NCBI GenBank assembly: GCA_963767975.1 | Contig: CAVYGI010000001.1 | Span: forward strand, 19,044-83,043 | DNA length: 64,000 nucleotides | Reading direction: 5' to 3' | Source of the DNA: an uncultured Verrucomicrobiae bacterium | GTDB lineage: Bacteria > Verrucomicrobiota > Verrucomicrobiia > Chthoniobacterales > Chthoniobacteraceae | Shown: positions 43,089 through 53,453 of the stretch, piece by piece | Numbering within the stretch: position 1 is the stretch's first letter | How the letters are laid out: every line of letters begins with the position of its first letter | The notes under the pieces: generated by a model | The model's database searches: none | Told to the model about the DNA's origin: nothing | What the model saw: the letters and a program-made list of their open reading frames with translations, nothing else | Position numbers and translations under genes: made by a program

Positions 43089-43361
43089 CTTGCGGATGGT
43101 CCTCCGCAGCCCTGCGATGGTCTTCCGCAGCCCTGCAATCGTCTTCCGCAGCCCTGCGAACGTCTTCCGCAGCCCTGCAAACGTCTTCCGCAGGCCTGCA
43201 AACGTCTTCCGCAGGCCTGCAAACGTCTTCCGCAGGCCTGCAAACGTCTTCCGCAGGCCTGCAAACGTCTTCCGCAGGCCTGCAAACGTCTTCCGCAGGC
43301 CTGCAAACGTCTTCCGCAGGCCTGCAAACGTCTTCCGCAGCCCTGCGATCGTCTTCCGCAG
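43089..43361. repeat. Tandem array of a 21-bp unit (GCCTGCAAACGTCTTCCGCAG), 12 full units plus one degenerate
   Basis: Hand alignment found seven identical units (43194-43340). They are flanked by units with 1-4 substitutions (43110-43193 and 43341-43361) and a degenerate unit at 43089-43109. The array is intergenic, between the DUF1501 stop and the nrdR start. Confidence 0.95.
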
Positions 43362-43426
43362 CTCGTTCCACAGTTCCACTTCAGCGTGCCTTCGCTCGTT
43401 CCGAAGTTCCACTTCGGAATGCCTTG
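43362..43426. repeat. Two tandem ~32-nt imperfect copies; the second contains a perfect 9-bp inverted repeat
   Basis: CTCGTTCCACAGTTCCACTTCAGCGTGCCTTCG (43362-43394) versus CTCGTTCCGAAGTTCCACTTCGGAATGCCTTG (43395-43426). The palindrome is TTCCGAAGT-TCC-ACTTCGGAA at 43399-43419. Confidence 0.8.
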
Positions 43427-43564
43427 TCCCGAAGCTCTGCTTCGCCCCTTCGCCGCCTTCCCGCCTCCCGCGCCTCCGCGGACCCCTCGCGTTCCCCGGA
43501 CTTTCACATTGCGGGATACCAGTGGTTGTGGCATGGAGTGGTGAACCCCCCGTTCTACCACAAG

Positions 43565-44056
43565 ATGCACTGCTCCAAATGCGGGAGTCTCGATGACAAA
43601 GTGATCGATTCCCGGCTGTCCAAAGACGGCCGGAGCATCCGGCGCCGTCGCGAATGCGTGTCGTGTGAGCACCGGTTCACGACTTACGAGGAGCTGGAGC
43701 GGGTCGATTTACGGGTGGTGAAGCGCGATGGAAGGAGCGAGCCTTTTGACCGGCAAAAGCTGCTCGGGGGGATGATCAAGGCGTGCGAGAAGCGGCCGGT
43801 CTCCATGGAGCGGCTGGAGCAGGCGGCGGAGGAGATCGTCCGCAGTCTGGAGCAGGCCTTCGTGCGGGAGGTCACCTCGCAGGAGCTGGGAAACAAGGTG
43901 ATGGAGGCGCTGCATCAGCTCGATGGGGTGGCGTATGTGCGTTACGCGTCGATTTACCGGAGCTTTCAGGACATCGGGGAATTCATCGAGGAAATCCAAT
44001 CGCTGGGCCGCAAACACAAGCGGAGCACGCTGCAGCCGGAGCTTTTCCAGAGCTGA
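43565..44056 (+). CDS. nrdR: Transcriptional repressor NrdR
   Basis: [17 protein letters not shown]...[12 protein letters not shown] is the zinc ribbon, followed by an ATP-cone ([16 protein letters not shown]...[11 protein letters not shown]). Confidence 0.9.
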   Translation: MHCSKCGSLDDKVIDSRLSKDGRSIRRRRECVSCEHRFTTYEELERVDLRVVKRDGRSEPFDRQKLLGGMIKACEKRPVSMERLEQAAEEIVRSLEQAFVREVTSQELGNKVMEALHQLDGVAYVRYASIYRSFQDIGEFIEEIQSLGRKHKRSTLQPELFQS

Positions 44057-44060
44057 GCCG

Positions 44061-44621
44061 ATGATTGCTTTTCGCGACAATCTGCCGCTGGTGGAGCTGG
44101 AGAGCGGGCAGACGGTCGCCTTTGAGCGAGAATGGCTGCTGCGCTCGCTGGCGGCGGCGGCGCGAAAGGCGGGGTATCAGGAATGGTGGCTGGCGCCGCA
44201 TGTGGCGGAGAGCGTGACGCAGTATTTGCAGGCGCAGACAGAGACGAACGTGCTGACCTGCGGACGGCTGGAGAAAGCGGTGCAGTCGGTCTTGCAGGTG
44301 ATCGGCTACTCAGAGGTGGGGCGTCACTTCTCCGTGGGAAAGCCGATCGCGCAGATCTCGCTGCTGGCGCTGGCGCACGCGGCGGGGAATGGCTACGAAC
44401 TGGCGTTTTTTGAAAAGCTCGGACGGTTGATCCGGGAGTTGGTGCTGGAAAAAAGGGCTCACTTCGAACTCTTCGGACTGGAGGCTTGCGTGAAGCTGCT
44501 CCGGGCGCGAAAAGTCTGGAGCCGCGATTGCGATGCGCTGCGTGAGGAGATCGTTTCCTTTACGCGAGAGCAGACAGGCATTGCGGCTGCTGAAGGTGAA
44601 GTGTCCTTTTCTCTGGCATGA
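44061..44621 (+). CDS. Hypothetical protein
   Basis: ATG 44061 lies 4 nt after the nrdR stop. Its stop overlaps the next ATG (ATGA). 186 aa with no motif recognised. Confidence 0.55.
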   Translation: MIAFRDNLPLVELESGQTVAFEREWLLRSLAAAARKAGYQEWWLAPHVAESVTQYLQAQTETNVLTCGRLEKAVQSVLQVIGYSEVGRHFSVGKPIAQISLLALAHAAGNGYELAFFEKLGRLIRELVLEKRAHFELFGLEACVKLLRARKVWSRDCDALREEIVSFTREQTGIAAAEGEVSFSLA

Positions 44622-44956
44622 CCATTTTCGAAAAAATAGCGGCGGGTGAAATCCCGGCGCGCCTCGTTCGCCAGACGGACGAACTGTTGGCGTTTCACGA
44701 TGTCAATCCGCAGGCGCCGGTGCACGTGCTGATCGTGCCGCGAAGGGTGATCCCGCGGGTGGGCGCGGCGGAGGCGGGAGATGCGGAATTGCTCGGGAAG
44801 CTGCTGCTGGCGGCGGGGGAAATCGCGCGCGAACTGGGGATCGCGGAGAGCGGCTTCCGCGTGGTGATCAACAACGGCAAGGACGCCGGGGAGACGGTGC
44901 CGCACCTGCACGTGCACCTGCTCGGCGGGCGGGAAATGCAGTGGCCACCGGGCTGA
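44618..44956 (+). CDS. HIT-family (HinT-like) nucleotide hydrolase
   Basis: 112-aa ORF. MTIFEKIAAGEIPA...AFHDVNPQAPVHVLIVPR...HLHVHLLGG carries the histidine triad. Confidence 0.9.
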   Translation: MTIFEKIAAGEIPARLVRQTDELLAFHDVNPQAPVHVLIVPRRVIPRVGAAEAGDAELLGKLLLAAGEIARELGIAESGFRVVINNGKDAGETVPHLHVHLLGGREMQWPPG

Positions 44957-44962
44957 ACTTCC

Positions 44963-46235
44963 ATGAGAAACGAACCAGATTTCCGGCGGCGCGTGGTGAT
45001 CACCGGCATGGGAGTGATCGCGGCGAATGGCTCCACGCTCGACACCTTCTGGGAGAGCATCCGGCTCGGAAAGAGTGCGGCGACGAAGCTAACGCGCTTC
45101 GACACGACGAATATCCCGTCGAAGATGGCGGCGGAGATCAAGCGCTTCGATGCCGCCGAGTACATGGACCCGAAGACGGCGCGGCGTCTCGATCGATCTC
45201 TGCAACTCAGCGTGGCCTGCGCCAAGCTCGCCGCCACGGACGCGGACATCGACTTTTCCAAGATCGACGCGGATCGCACCGGCGTGATCGAGGGTTGCTC
45301 GCTGAGCAACAACGAATCGGCGTGGGCGACGAAGGAAGCGTTTCTCAAGAAGGGCTACCGGGCGGTCGGGATGTCGGCGCTGATCAATGGCTACGCCGGC
45401 GGCGGCAGCGGGGAGATCGCCAATCAGCTCGGCGTCAAAGGGCACGCAATCACCTGCAGCACGACGAGCGCATCCGGCAACGACGCGATGGGTTATGCAT
45501 TGAATATGATCCGCTCCGAGGAGGTGGACGTGATGATCGCGGGCGGTGCGGAAGCGCCGCTGATCGAGTCGGTGTGGGGTATTTTCTGTCTGAACAAAGT
45601 GATGAGCCGCCACGACGGCAATCCCTCGGAGGTGATGCGGCCCTTCGACAAAACACGCGACGGGTTTCTGCTCGGGGAAGGCGCGGGGTTTGTCGTGCTG
45701 GAGGAACTCGGCCACGCGCTGAGCCGCGGGGCGAGGATTTATGCGGAGATCCTGTCGCACGGACGGAGTTGCGAGGCCTACCACGCCATCGCGCCGCATC
45801 CGGATGGGATCGGCGTCACCCGCGCCCTGGAAAAGGCGATCAAGCAGGCGCGCATCATGCCGGACGAAGTGGACTACATTAACGCGCACGCCACGGCGAC
45901 CGAGGCCAACGACCTGACGCGAGACGCGTGGCATCAAAAAGATGTTCGGTGAGCACGCCTCGCGGCTGGCGGTGAGCTCGACGAAGCCGGTCACCGGCCA
46001 TCTCCTCGCCGCTGCGGGGGCGATCGAAACGATCATCTGCGCGCTGGCGCTGGTGAAGCAGGAGATTCCGATGACCTTGAACCTGAAAAACCCGGGCGAA
46101 GAGTGCGATCTGGATTACGTCGCCGGCCGATCCCGGCTCTATCCATTGCGGACGGCGGTGAATCTGAATGCCGGCTTCGGTGGCAAGCACTCCTGCCTGG
46201 TGTTGGGCAAATATCCTTCCGACTCGCGGGGATGA
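44963..46235 (+). pseudogene. Beta-ketoacyl-ACP synthase (KAS I/II family), one frameshift near 45940
   Basis: ORF 44963-45952 has RRVVITGMGVIAANG, the Cys region ITCSTTSASGNDAMG and INAHATAT. ORF 45942-46235 continues with SSTKPVTGHLLAAAGAIE...NAGFGGKHSCLVL. Confidence 0.8.
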
Positions 46236-48388
46236 AGTTCGCAGCGTTCATCCCGCTGGTGGGATGCATTCTCAACTTCCTCCTGGCGCTCTTTGTCTTC
46301 AATTGCGGCCGGCGCTCCGCAGCGAATCGCGTCTTTCTGTTTTGGGGCTTTTCCATCGCCGTCTGGAATCTCGGGCAGTTCTTTCTCCTGACGGTGGACA
46401 CGGCACCACTGGCGCTTTTCTGGGCGCGGGTCTGCTGGTTCGGGGTGATCTTCATTCCCGTCCTCCTTTTCCACATCTCGCTCATCATCGCGGAAGTGCG
46501 GGTGCCACGGTTTATTTTGGCGATTTACGTGCTGACGTTTGCGCTGGCGGCCAGCAACTTCACGCGCTTTTTCGTGAAAGACATCCGCCTCTGCGGAGAG
46601 GCGGGATATTACGCCGTCGCGGGACCCGGGCTTTACATTTTCATGGCGATGTTCGGCCTCGTCTTCGCCACGATCTTCCTCCTGCGAGAGCGGCGTCTCC
46701 GCTTGCCGCCGCCCGAACGTCCGCGGCTGACTGCCTTGATCTTCGCCCAGACTTGCCTGGTCGTTCTCGGGACCAACGACCTCCTGCCCATCGTTGGCAT
46801 CGAGCAGTATCCGATCGTCCACTGGCCCGTCTATCCCTACGGCAGTCTGGCGGCAGTCTTATATGGTCTGATCATTGGCTACGGTGTGCTGCACCATCAG
46901 TTGCTCAACATCCGGATTCATGTCGGACGCTACGCTGCGCAGGGCATTCGGTTCGCGTTTCTCTTTCTGACCGGGCTGCTGATTCTCCTCACAGCGACCT
47001 TATTGGCTCCGGCTAACTCATTCACGCCCGTCTCTTTCTGGGCCGGCTTGGGAACGCTGATCGTCAGCGGCATCATCGCCTCCCTGGTCTTCCCGCGGCT
47101 TTTCGGAACGGGCGGTGAAGCGCTCGAGCAGCGCCTGCTCGGCGATCATTTCGAGTATCAGGATCAATTGCGCGGGTTTATCGAAAACATGAGTTGGTAC
47201 AGTGACATGCACCCGCTGCTCAACGACTTGCACGATCAATTCGTCCGCGTCTTCCAGCTTTCCAGTTATCAAATCGTCCTCCGCGACGAAGTGAGCCATG
47301 CACAAACCGTGGTCCGCTCACACCCGGAATCCGACAAGCCGCAACTGCCGCAAGTGAAGGCGGACAGCGAGATCTTCCAGTTTTTCGAGTGGGGCAAGAA
47401 AAAGTATTTGTCGCTCAATCCGAGCTACTTGCGCACTCGGACGTCAGCGCTGGAAAAGGCGGCGGCAGCGCAGTTGGTCGATTTCAACGCCGAGTTCTGC
47501 TTTCCGCTGGCAACGCAGAATGAGCCATTCGGGCTTTTGCTCGTCGGAAGAAAAAATACCGGCGCCGCCTTCACCGCGGTGGACGTCACGCTTCTTACCC
47601 TGTTGGCGAAGAGTTTGAGCCTGATGATCAACCAAATCCGGCTCAAGACGCAAGTTTTGCAGGCTCAGGAACTAGACCTGCTAGGTCGTATGAGTCGAGG
47701 TATGGCGCACGATCTTAATAACCTGCTGACTCCGGTGTGGACGCTCTTGCAACTCGCCTGTGAAGAATCAGCCCCGCGCGAGCTCGACGAAGAGTTGCTC
47801 CCGGTCGCCCTGCGCAATGTGCGCTCGATGCGCGCCTACATCAAAGAGTCGCTGTTCTTTTCCGAGAATCTACGACCCGACTTTCAGCTTGCGCGGCTCG
47901 ACTTGCTGGTGGAACACGCCGTCGAGGTGGCACGTGCCAGCCGTCGCAAGGTGGTGCACGTCACCGCGACGACGCCGGGGGAGGTGGCGGTCCAGATGGA
48001 TGAAATTCTGATCCAGCGACTCATCGCGAATCTGATCGTGAACGCGATCGACGCCTCGCAGGAGGAATCCGAGGTCAAGGTGGAGCTCACCTACTTACCG
48101 AAATCCGAAGCACGCCGGGACTGGCTGCGCGTGCGCATTGCGGATTCTGGCGAAGGCATTCGCAAAGAGGACATGAATCGCGTATTCACGCCCTACTTTA
48201 CGACCAAGAATCGAGGAGACGAAGGTCGTGGCTTTGGCCTTGGTCTAGCCATCTGCCGAAAGATCGTTAATCTACACGGCGGCAATCTTTCGATTGCAAG
48301 CCAGGTAAAAAAGGGCACAACGGTTCAGGTCGATTTGCCGACCCGACAAATCGCCGCTCCCCCCGCAGTGATCGCAACCGCCGCCTAA
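46232..48388 (+). CDS. Sensor histidine kinase with an N-terminal multi-pass membrane sensor domain
   Basis: ATG at 46232 overlaps the preceding stop (ATGA). There are about 7 predicted TM helices, then the H-box MSRGMAHDLNNLLTP, N-box NLIVNAIDAS, G1 DSGEGI and G2 GFGLGLAI. Confidence 0.85.
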   Translation: MKFAAFIPLVGCILNFLLALFVFNCGRRSAANRVFLFWGFSIAVWNLGQFFLLTVDTAPLALFWARVCWFGVIFIPVLLFHISLIIAEVRVPRFILAIYVLTFALAASNFTRFFVKDIRLCGEAGYYAVAGPGLYIFMAMFGLVFATIFLLRERRLRLPPPERPRLTALIFAQTCLVVLGTNDLLPIVGIEQYPIVHWPVYPYGSLAAVLYGLIIGYGVLHHQLLNIRIHVGRYAAQGIRFAFLFLTGLLILLTATLLAPANSFTPVSFWAGLGTLIVSGIIASLVFPRLFGTGGEALEQRLLGDHFEYQDQLRGFIENMSWYSDMHPLLNDLHDQFVRVFQLSSYQIVLRDEVSHAQTVVRSHPESDKPQLPQVKADSEIFQFFEWGKKKYLSLNPSYLRTRTSALEKAAAAQLVDFNAEFCFPLATQNEPFGLLLVGRKNTGAAFTAVDVTLLTLLAKSLSLMINQIRLKTQVLQAQELDLLGRMSRGMAHDLNNLLTPVWTLLQLACEESAPRELDEELLPVALRNVRSMRAYIKESLFFSENLRPDFQLARLDLLVEHAVEVARASRRKVVHVTATTPGEVAVQMDEILIQRLIANLIVNAIDASQEESEVKVELTYLPKSEARRDWLRVRIADSGEGIRKEDMNRVFTPYFTTKNRGDEGRGFGLGLAICRKIVNLHGGNLSIASQVKKGTTVQVDLPTRQIAAPPAVIATAA

Positions 48389-50395
48389 ATGCGTACCTTA
48401 CTCGTCCTCACCAAACAACCATCTCTCGCGTCCGCGATTCAGTCGGTGCTGGACTCCAGCCGCTTTCAGCTCATTACCAAGAGCGATGTCGGCGACGCCG
48501 AATTTCTCCTCGCCCGGGGTGCTATTGACGCCACCTTACTCGATACCGAGCTCACCGACACCCGGTCGATTCGCGTCATTAGTGAGCTGAAAAGCTACGC
48601 GCCGAACTGTCCGGTAATTGTTTATACGGGCGAAAAGCAATGGGAGTGGGAAGAAGACGCTTATTTGCACGGTGTCACGCATGTCTTGTCCAAGCCAGTT
48701 CGCGGCAAACTGCTCAACACCTTACTTTCGCGGCTTTTCCCGGAGCAGGAAATAAAGGCTTCACGAGCCGTTAGCGCACCTGTTTTTCACGGGAATGGCG
48801 ATCGGCCTTCACACGACCAAGTGCGCGCGCTGGAAGCGATGCGGCGCTTCTCCGGCATCCTGACGCATAGCCTCGATTCCGCGGCTCTGCTGAAGCAATT
48901 TTTGCTGTTGCTGCGCGAGATCATCGGTGTCAACCGCGCAATTATATTTCTGCGGAAACCGGCGGGAATTCTTAGCGAAAGCCCCCTCTCCCAGGATGAT
49001 CGCTGGCTCCGCTCAGCGTGCGCCATCGGGCTCGATCAAAGCGTGCTGCAGCATTTCGCGCTCTCGCTTGGCGCGGGAATCGGCGGTTCGCTCCATCGCC
49101 ACGGGCGCATCTTGCGCGCGAGCAGCGGAGAGGCGAATGCCAGTCGCGAGATTTCGAAAGAATTCCAGCTTCTCGGAGCGCAGGTCGCCATACCGATTCT
49201 CGATCGCGAATCTCTGCTCGGCGTCGCGGTGCTGGATGAGCGCCTGACCGGCGAGCCGTACACCAACGAGGAGCTTTCGCTCATCTTCCACATGCTCGAA
49301 GAGGTCGGCCTCGCGGTCCGAAATTCGTGGTTGCACGATCAGTTACAGGCGAACCACGCGATGATCGCCGACATCCTCAGCCATCTCGGCAGCGGTTGCA
49401 TCGTCATTGGCAGCAATCTCGCGACACTCCACGCGAACACCTCGGCGGTGAAGCTTTTCGCCAATGGTCGGCCGGACGTTCAAGCCGTTGAATTCTCCGA
49501 CCTGCCTCAGCAGCTCGGCAGCCTGATTTTCACGGTCATAAAAACCGGCACGGGCGTGCCGGCTTTCAACTACCAGTTTCCAAAAACCCCGCAGCTGACC
49601 TTTCGGGTCGCGATCGTTCCGTTCCGCATGGAGCACGCCGGCAGCACCAACGCTGCACTGCTTCTGATCGAGGACGTGACCGAGCACGTCCGCGCGGTTG
49701 CGCTTGAGACGGAGGCTTCGAATTTGCGTTTGATCAAATCGATGGCGGAGCATCTTGCGCACGAGATCGGCAATGCCCTCGTGCCGCTTTCGACTCATCA
49801 GCAACTTCTGAAGGAATCGATCCATGATCCCGAGTTTCAGGAGACCCTCGCTGTGGCGATGGCCAATGGCGTGAAGCGCATCTCGCGGCTGGCCAACCAA
49901 ATGGTTTTTCTCGCCCGCGATTGGAAGGCCGACTCGGGCGAATCGCTGCAGCTTTCCGAACTCATCGTCGACGCTTTCCACGATGCGCACACCAATCATC
50001 CGGGAAAAAAACTTGCGCAGCTCACGTTCAACAAAAACGTGGGACCGTGGAAAATTTCCGGAGATGCCAAGGCGCTGCGTCACGCATTCTCCGAGATTAT
50101 GTTGAATGCGCTCCAGGCGAATCCCGAGGACCCGAACGTCGCCGTGAATATTCATGAAAGCGAAGATGGCGCGCCGGCGGTGCTGCGCGTCGAGGTCCGT
50201 GATTCCGGTCGCGGATTTTCCGAGGAAGCCGCGCAGCACGCGCAGGAGCCTTTTTTCTCCACTCGGAATGTCGGGCTCGGCATCGGCCTCACCGTCTCTC
50301 GCAAGATCATCGAAAGCCACCGCGGGCAACTTGAGATCCCGCATCCGAAAAGTGGAGCGTCAGGCATCGTTCTTGTTTCACTCCCCTTGGATTAA
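48389..50395 (+). CDS. Cytoplasmic histidine kinase with an atypical N-terminal receiver-like domain and a GAF-like region
   Basis: The start immediately follows the previous stop (TAAATG). The receiver-like N-terminus has D (LLDTEL), T (VYTGE) and K (LSKP) but lacks the N-terminal acidic pair (LVLTKQP). H-box LAHEIGNALVPL, N-box IMLNALQAN, then DSGRGF and GLGIGLTV. Confidence 0.8.
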   Translation: MRTLLVLTKQPSLASAIQSVLDSSRFQLITKSDVGDAEFLLARGAIDATLLDTELTDTRSIRVISELKSYAPNCPVIVYTGEKQWEWEEDAYLHGVTHVLSKPVRGKLLNTLLSRLFPEQEIKASRAVSAPVFHGNGDRPSHDQVRALEAMRRFSGILTHSLDSAALLKQFLLLLREIIGVNRAIIFLRKPAGILSESPLSQDDRWLRSACAIGLDQSVLQHFALSLGAGIGGSLHRHGRILRASSGEANASREISKEFQLLGAQVAIPILDRESLLGVAVLDERLTGEPYTNEELSLIFHMLEEVGLAVRNSWLHDQLQANHAMIADILSHLGSGCIVIGSNLATLHANTSAVKLFANGRPDVQAVEFSDLPQQLGSLIFTVIKTGTGVPAFNYQFPKTPQLTFRVAIVPFRMEHAGSTNAALLLIEDVTEHVRAVALETEASNLRLIKSMAEHLAHEIGNALVPLSTHQQLLKESIHDPEFQETLAVAMANGVKRISRLANQMVFLARDWKADSGESLQLSELIVDAFHDAHTNHPGKKLAQLTFNKNVGPWKISGDAKALRHAFSEIMLNALQANPEDPNVAVNIHESEDGAPAVLRVEVRDSGRGFSEEAAQHAQEPFFSTRNVGLGIGLTVSRKIIESHRGQLEIPHPKSGASGIVLVSLPLD

Positions 50396-50416
50396 CCCCC
50401 TTCCTCCAACTTCCTG

Positions 50417-51640
50417 ATGTCCCCACACCTTCTCCCTCGTCTCCTCGCCGTTTCGCTTCTCGCCCCCCTGCCCGCCTTCGCTCTCGGCATTCGCGTCGTC
50501 GATCAGGATGCACATGCATCAGCTCGCGGCGAAGCTTTCGTCGCCACCGCCGACAACCCGTCCGCGATCTATTACAATCCGGCCGGCATCACGCAACTCG
50601 AAGGCACCCAGGTGCGGTTCGGTCTCTACGGAATCACGCTCGAAGCCAGCGTCGATCCCTCGCTTCCTGGTCGCAGCTTCGACTCCAACTTCGAGTATCA
50701 GGCCGTGCCTCAGCTCTATCTGACTTACAAAGCTCCGCAGTCCCCGGTGGCGCTGGGCTTTGGAGTCTACGCGCCGTTCGGCTTCGGGATCGAATATCCT
50801 GACGACACTCCGTTCCGCACACTGGCCAAAAAAGGACGGATCGAATATCTGACTTTCAACCCCGTCATCGCGCTGCAAGTCACGCGGACGCTGTCGGTCG
50901 CGGCCGGTCCCACCATCAACTATTCCAAAGCAAAGCTGACCCGGGGTATCGTTGTTCCGAACGATGAATTTCTTTTCGATGGCGAAGGTGTTGGCTACGG
51001 CTTCAATCTCGGCGTCTCGTGGGTTCCTCACCGGATGCATCACTTCGGCGTGACGTATCGCAGCGCTACGGACGTGGATTACAGCGGGCACTCGCGTGTG
51101 CATATCCCTTCGTTCACGGCGCAGACACCATTCGGTCCGTTCCCCGTCGCGCAGTTTGACAGCGAGGAAGACTCCGACCTTTCGTTCCATTTCCCGCAAA
51201 CCATCGCAGCAGGATACTCATTCCAGCCGACGCCGAACTGGAACTTCGAGGTCGATGTCGAATGGACCGACTGGGATAGCCTCAACACGCTCAATCTCAA
51301 GCAGCGCTCCGGAAACGTCGCACTCCCGTTCAATTGGGAGTCGAGTTTTATCTACGAATTCGGCGTTACGCGGAAATTTAACCGCGGGCTCAGCGTCAGC
51401 GCCGGCTACATCTACAGCGAAAACTCCGTGCCCAACGAGAGCTTCAACCCGATCGTCCCTGACTCCAACCGGCATATTTTGAGTGTGGGCGTCGGCCAGC
51501 AACTCGATCGCCTGAGCTGGGACGTCGCTTATCAGTATGCTTACGGGCCGCCCCGTGAAATCGACAATGGCACGACCGCAAATGGGACGTATCGTTTCCA
51601 AAGTCAGGCCCTCACGCTGTCGGTCGGATACCGTTTTTAA
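50417..51640 (+). CDS. Outer-membrane transport protein, OMPP1/FadL/TodX family
   Basis: 407-aa ORF with a signal peptide, NPSAIYYNPAGI near the N-terminus, alternating beta-strand pattern and a C-terminal ...LSVGYRF. Confidence 0.75.
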   Translation: MSPHLLPRLLAVSLLAPLPAFALGIRVVDQDAHASARGEAFVATADNPSAIYYNPAGITQLEGTQVRFGLYGITLEASVDPSLPGRSFDSNFEYQAVPQLYLTYKAPQSPVALGFGVYAPFGFGIEYPDDTPFRTLAKKGRIEYLTFNPVIALQVTRTLSVAAGPTINYSKAKLTRGIVVPNDEFLFDGEGVGYGFNLGVSWVPHRMHHFGVTYRSATDVDYSGHSRVHIPSFTAQTPFGPFPVAQFDSEEDSDLSFHFPQTIAAGYSFQPTPNWNFEVDVEWTDWDSLNTLNLKQRSGNVALPFNWESSFIYEFGVTRKFNRGLSVSAGYIYSENSVPNESFNPIVPDSNRHILSVGVGQQLDRLSWDVAYQYAYGPPREIDNGTTANGTYRFQSQALTLSVGYRF

Positions 51641-51660
51641 TTCTCACCGCTATCCGGCAA

Positions 51661-52017
51661 ATGCTGAAATACTTCTTCATCCTTCGCAAAAAACCGGAGA
51701 TGCCCGCTGAAGAATTTCATCGTTACTGGAAAGATGTGCACGGCCCGATCGTGGCGAAGCTCCCGGGATTGATCCGATATTTTCAGCACCACGTCGTCTC
51801 CGTCCCACGCCCGGAATACCAGCAGACGGACGCCCCTGTGGACGGCATCGTCGAGACGTGGTGGGAATCGGAAGAAGCACTGGTACGGGCTCAAAGCTCT
51901 CCGGAGTTGGCTGCGGTCGTGGCCGATGAGCCGAATTTCATGGGCCACTCCAACCACTTTGTGCATACACTATTCGTGTCCGAGACGGTCGAGGTCGTCG
52001 ACCGCATTGGTAAATAA
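51661..52017 (+). CDS. EthD-domain protein
   Basis: 118-aa ORF: MLKYFFILRKKPEMPAEEFHRYWKDVHGPIV...IRYFQHHV, typical of the EthD family. Confidence 0.75.
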   Translation: MLKYFFILRKKPEMPAEEFHRYWKDVHGPIVAKLPGLIRYFQHHVVSVPRPEYQQTDAPVDGIVETWWESEEALVRAQSSPELAAVVADEPNFMGHSNHFVHTLFVSETVEVVDRIGK

Positions 52018-52026
52018 GTTCAGTCG

Positions 52027-53332
52027 ATGGTCGCCAATCACGAGCCGCTCATGCAGGGTGCCCCGATGACCTCGTCCGGTCCATCGACTAGGCTCGCATC
52101 GGGGGGTCTGGAGAAAACGGGACGCAAGCCGACGCTGCTGATCGTGGACGACGAAGAGGGACCGCGGCAATCGCTCCGGATCGTTTTTAAGAATGACTAT
52201 GAAGTGCTCGTCGCCAGCAACGGCGAAGACGGGATCGCCATCGCGATGGAACATCCGGTCGATGTCGCGGTCCTCGATATTTTGATGCAGGGCATGTCCG
52301 GCGTCGATCTCCTCCGCGCCCTCAAAGACCTCGACCCGCACATTGAGGTCGTGATGCTCACGGCCTACGAGACTGTGGAGACAGCGCGGCGCGCCCTTCG
52401 CCTCGGCGCGAGCGATTACCTGAACAAGCCCTTCGATATTCCCACGATGCGCGCGGCGGTCGGCCGGGCCTCGCGGAAACGCCAGGCCTCGATCGAACTT
52501 CACGGCACGCACGATCGGCTCGAAGCGTTGCAACACGAGATTCAGGTCCAGCGCGTTCAAGAGGAACTCACCCGCGCCAAAGGCGAGATTTACGCCAGCG
52601 TCCTTCACGACATCAATAGCCCGCTCACCATCATTTCCGGCTTCATCGAGATGATCAATCGCTCGATGCAGGACGCCGCCAGCGTGGAAGGCGAGCAGCT
52701 CGAAACAATCAAAGGCGACCTCAAACAACTGCACGGGCAAGTGGCACGCTGCTTCGAAATTTCCCGGCGTTACCTCAGCTTCCTCAGCGCTGGGCATGCC
52801 GGAAAGAACGGTCGTCGGGGTGCAGCAGATCCTCATCGACGTGAAGGATCTTTTACTGCGCCATCCCAGCGCCTGCGGCCACGAATTGACCGTCGATGCG
52901 CTCGAGTCCGACGTGATCGCGGAGATCAATGGCACCGATCTGCTGCAGATCTTGTTGAACCTCACGATCAACGCGCTGCAGTGCACCGATGCTCCGCATT
53001 CCGTCCGCATCCTCGCGGAGCCTCGACACGAACCGCTCGATCTCAGCGCCTTTCGCGACGGACCGCAGGAGCGCTTCATCAACCGCGAGGGTTTTCTCAA
53101 TCGCGGTCCCCTTTTGGCCATTAGCATCGCCGACGATGGACCCGGGATTGCGCCGGAAGTCGTCGCGAAAATGTTCGACGAGAACATCACGACCAAAGCG
53201 CCCGGACGCGGCACCGGGCTTGGGCTTTCCATCGTGCGGCGACTCTTGAGAGAAGCCAACGCCGCCGTGCATTTGCGGACGGAAATCACCCGCGGCTCGA
53301 CCTTCACGCTCTACCTCCAGATTCGCCAGTAG
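52027..53332 (+). pseudogene. Hybrid response-regulator/histidine kinase, one frameshift near 52790
   Basis: Receiver part: LLIVDDEEGPRQ...VAVLDILMQGMSG...MLTAY...NKPF. H-box: LHDINSPLTII, in ORF 52027-53124. The HATPase part (LLNLTINALQC, DDGPGI, GTGLGLSIV) is in ORF 52796-53332. Confidence 0.8.
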
Positions 53333-53453
53333 GCCGAATCGCGTGGACAAGATGGCGATTCGCGATGGCTCTCGCGAACCCTTGGCTGGAGTCCATCCGC
53401 GGGCTATCTTCTCCCGCCAGCCTTTACCTACCTTGATCCCGGGCTTCCCGAAG

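Noticed and set aside
43089-43361. The 21-bp repeat array as a CRISPR array
   Set aside because: The units are directly abutting with no spacers, the unit is shorter than CRISPR repeats, and no cas genes are nearby.
43089-43361. Each repeat unit contains GAAGAC (a type IIS BbsI-type site on the minus strand), which might link it to the R-M cassette
   Set aside because: The specificity of the cassette is unknown. The coincidence of a 6-mer inside a repeat is not evidence.
48389-48750. The N-terminal domain of the second kinase as a dead pseudo-receiver
   Set aside because: The candidate phospho-acceptor Asp, the Thr and the Lys are all present, and only the N-terminal acidic pair is missing. 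Activity cannot be judged from sequence alone, so it is noted only in the feature evidence.
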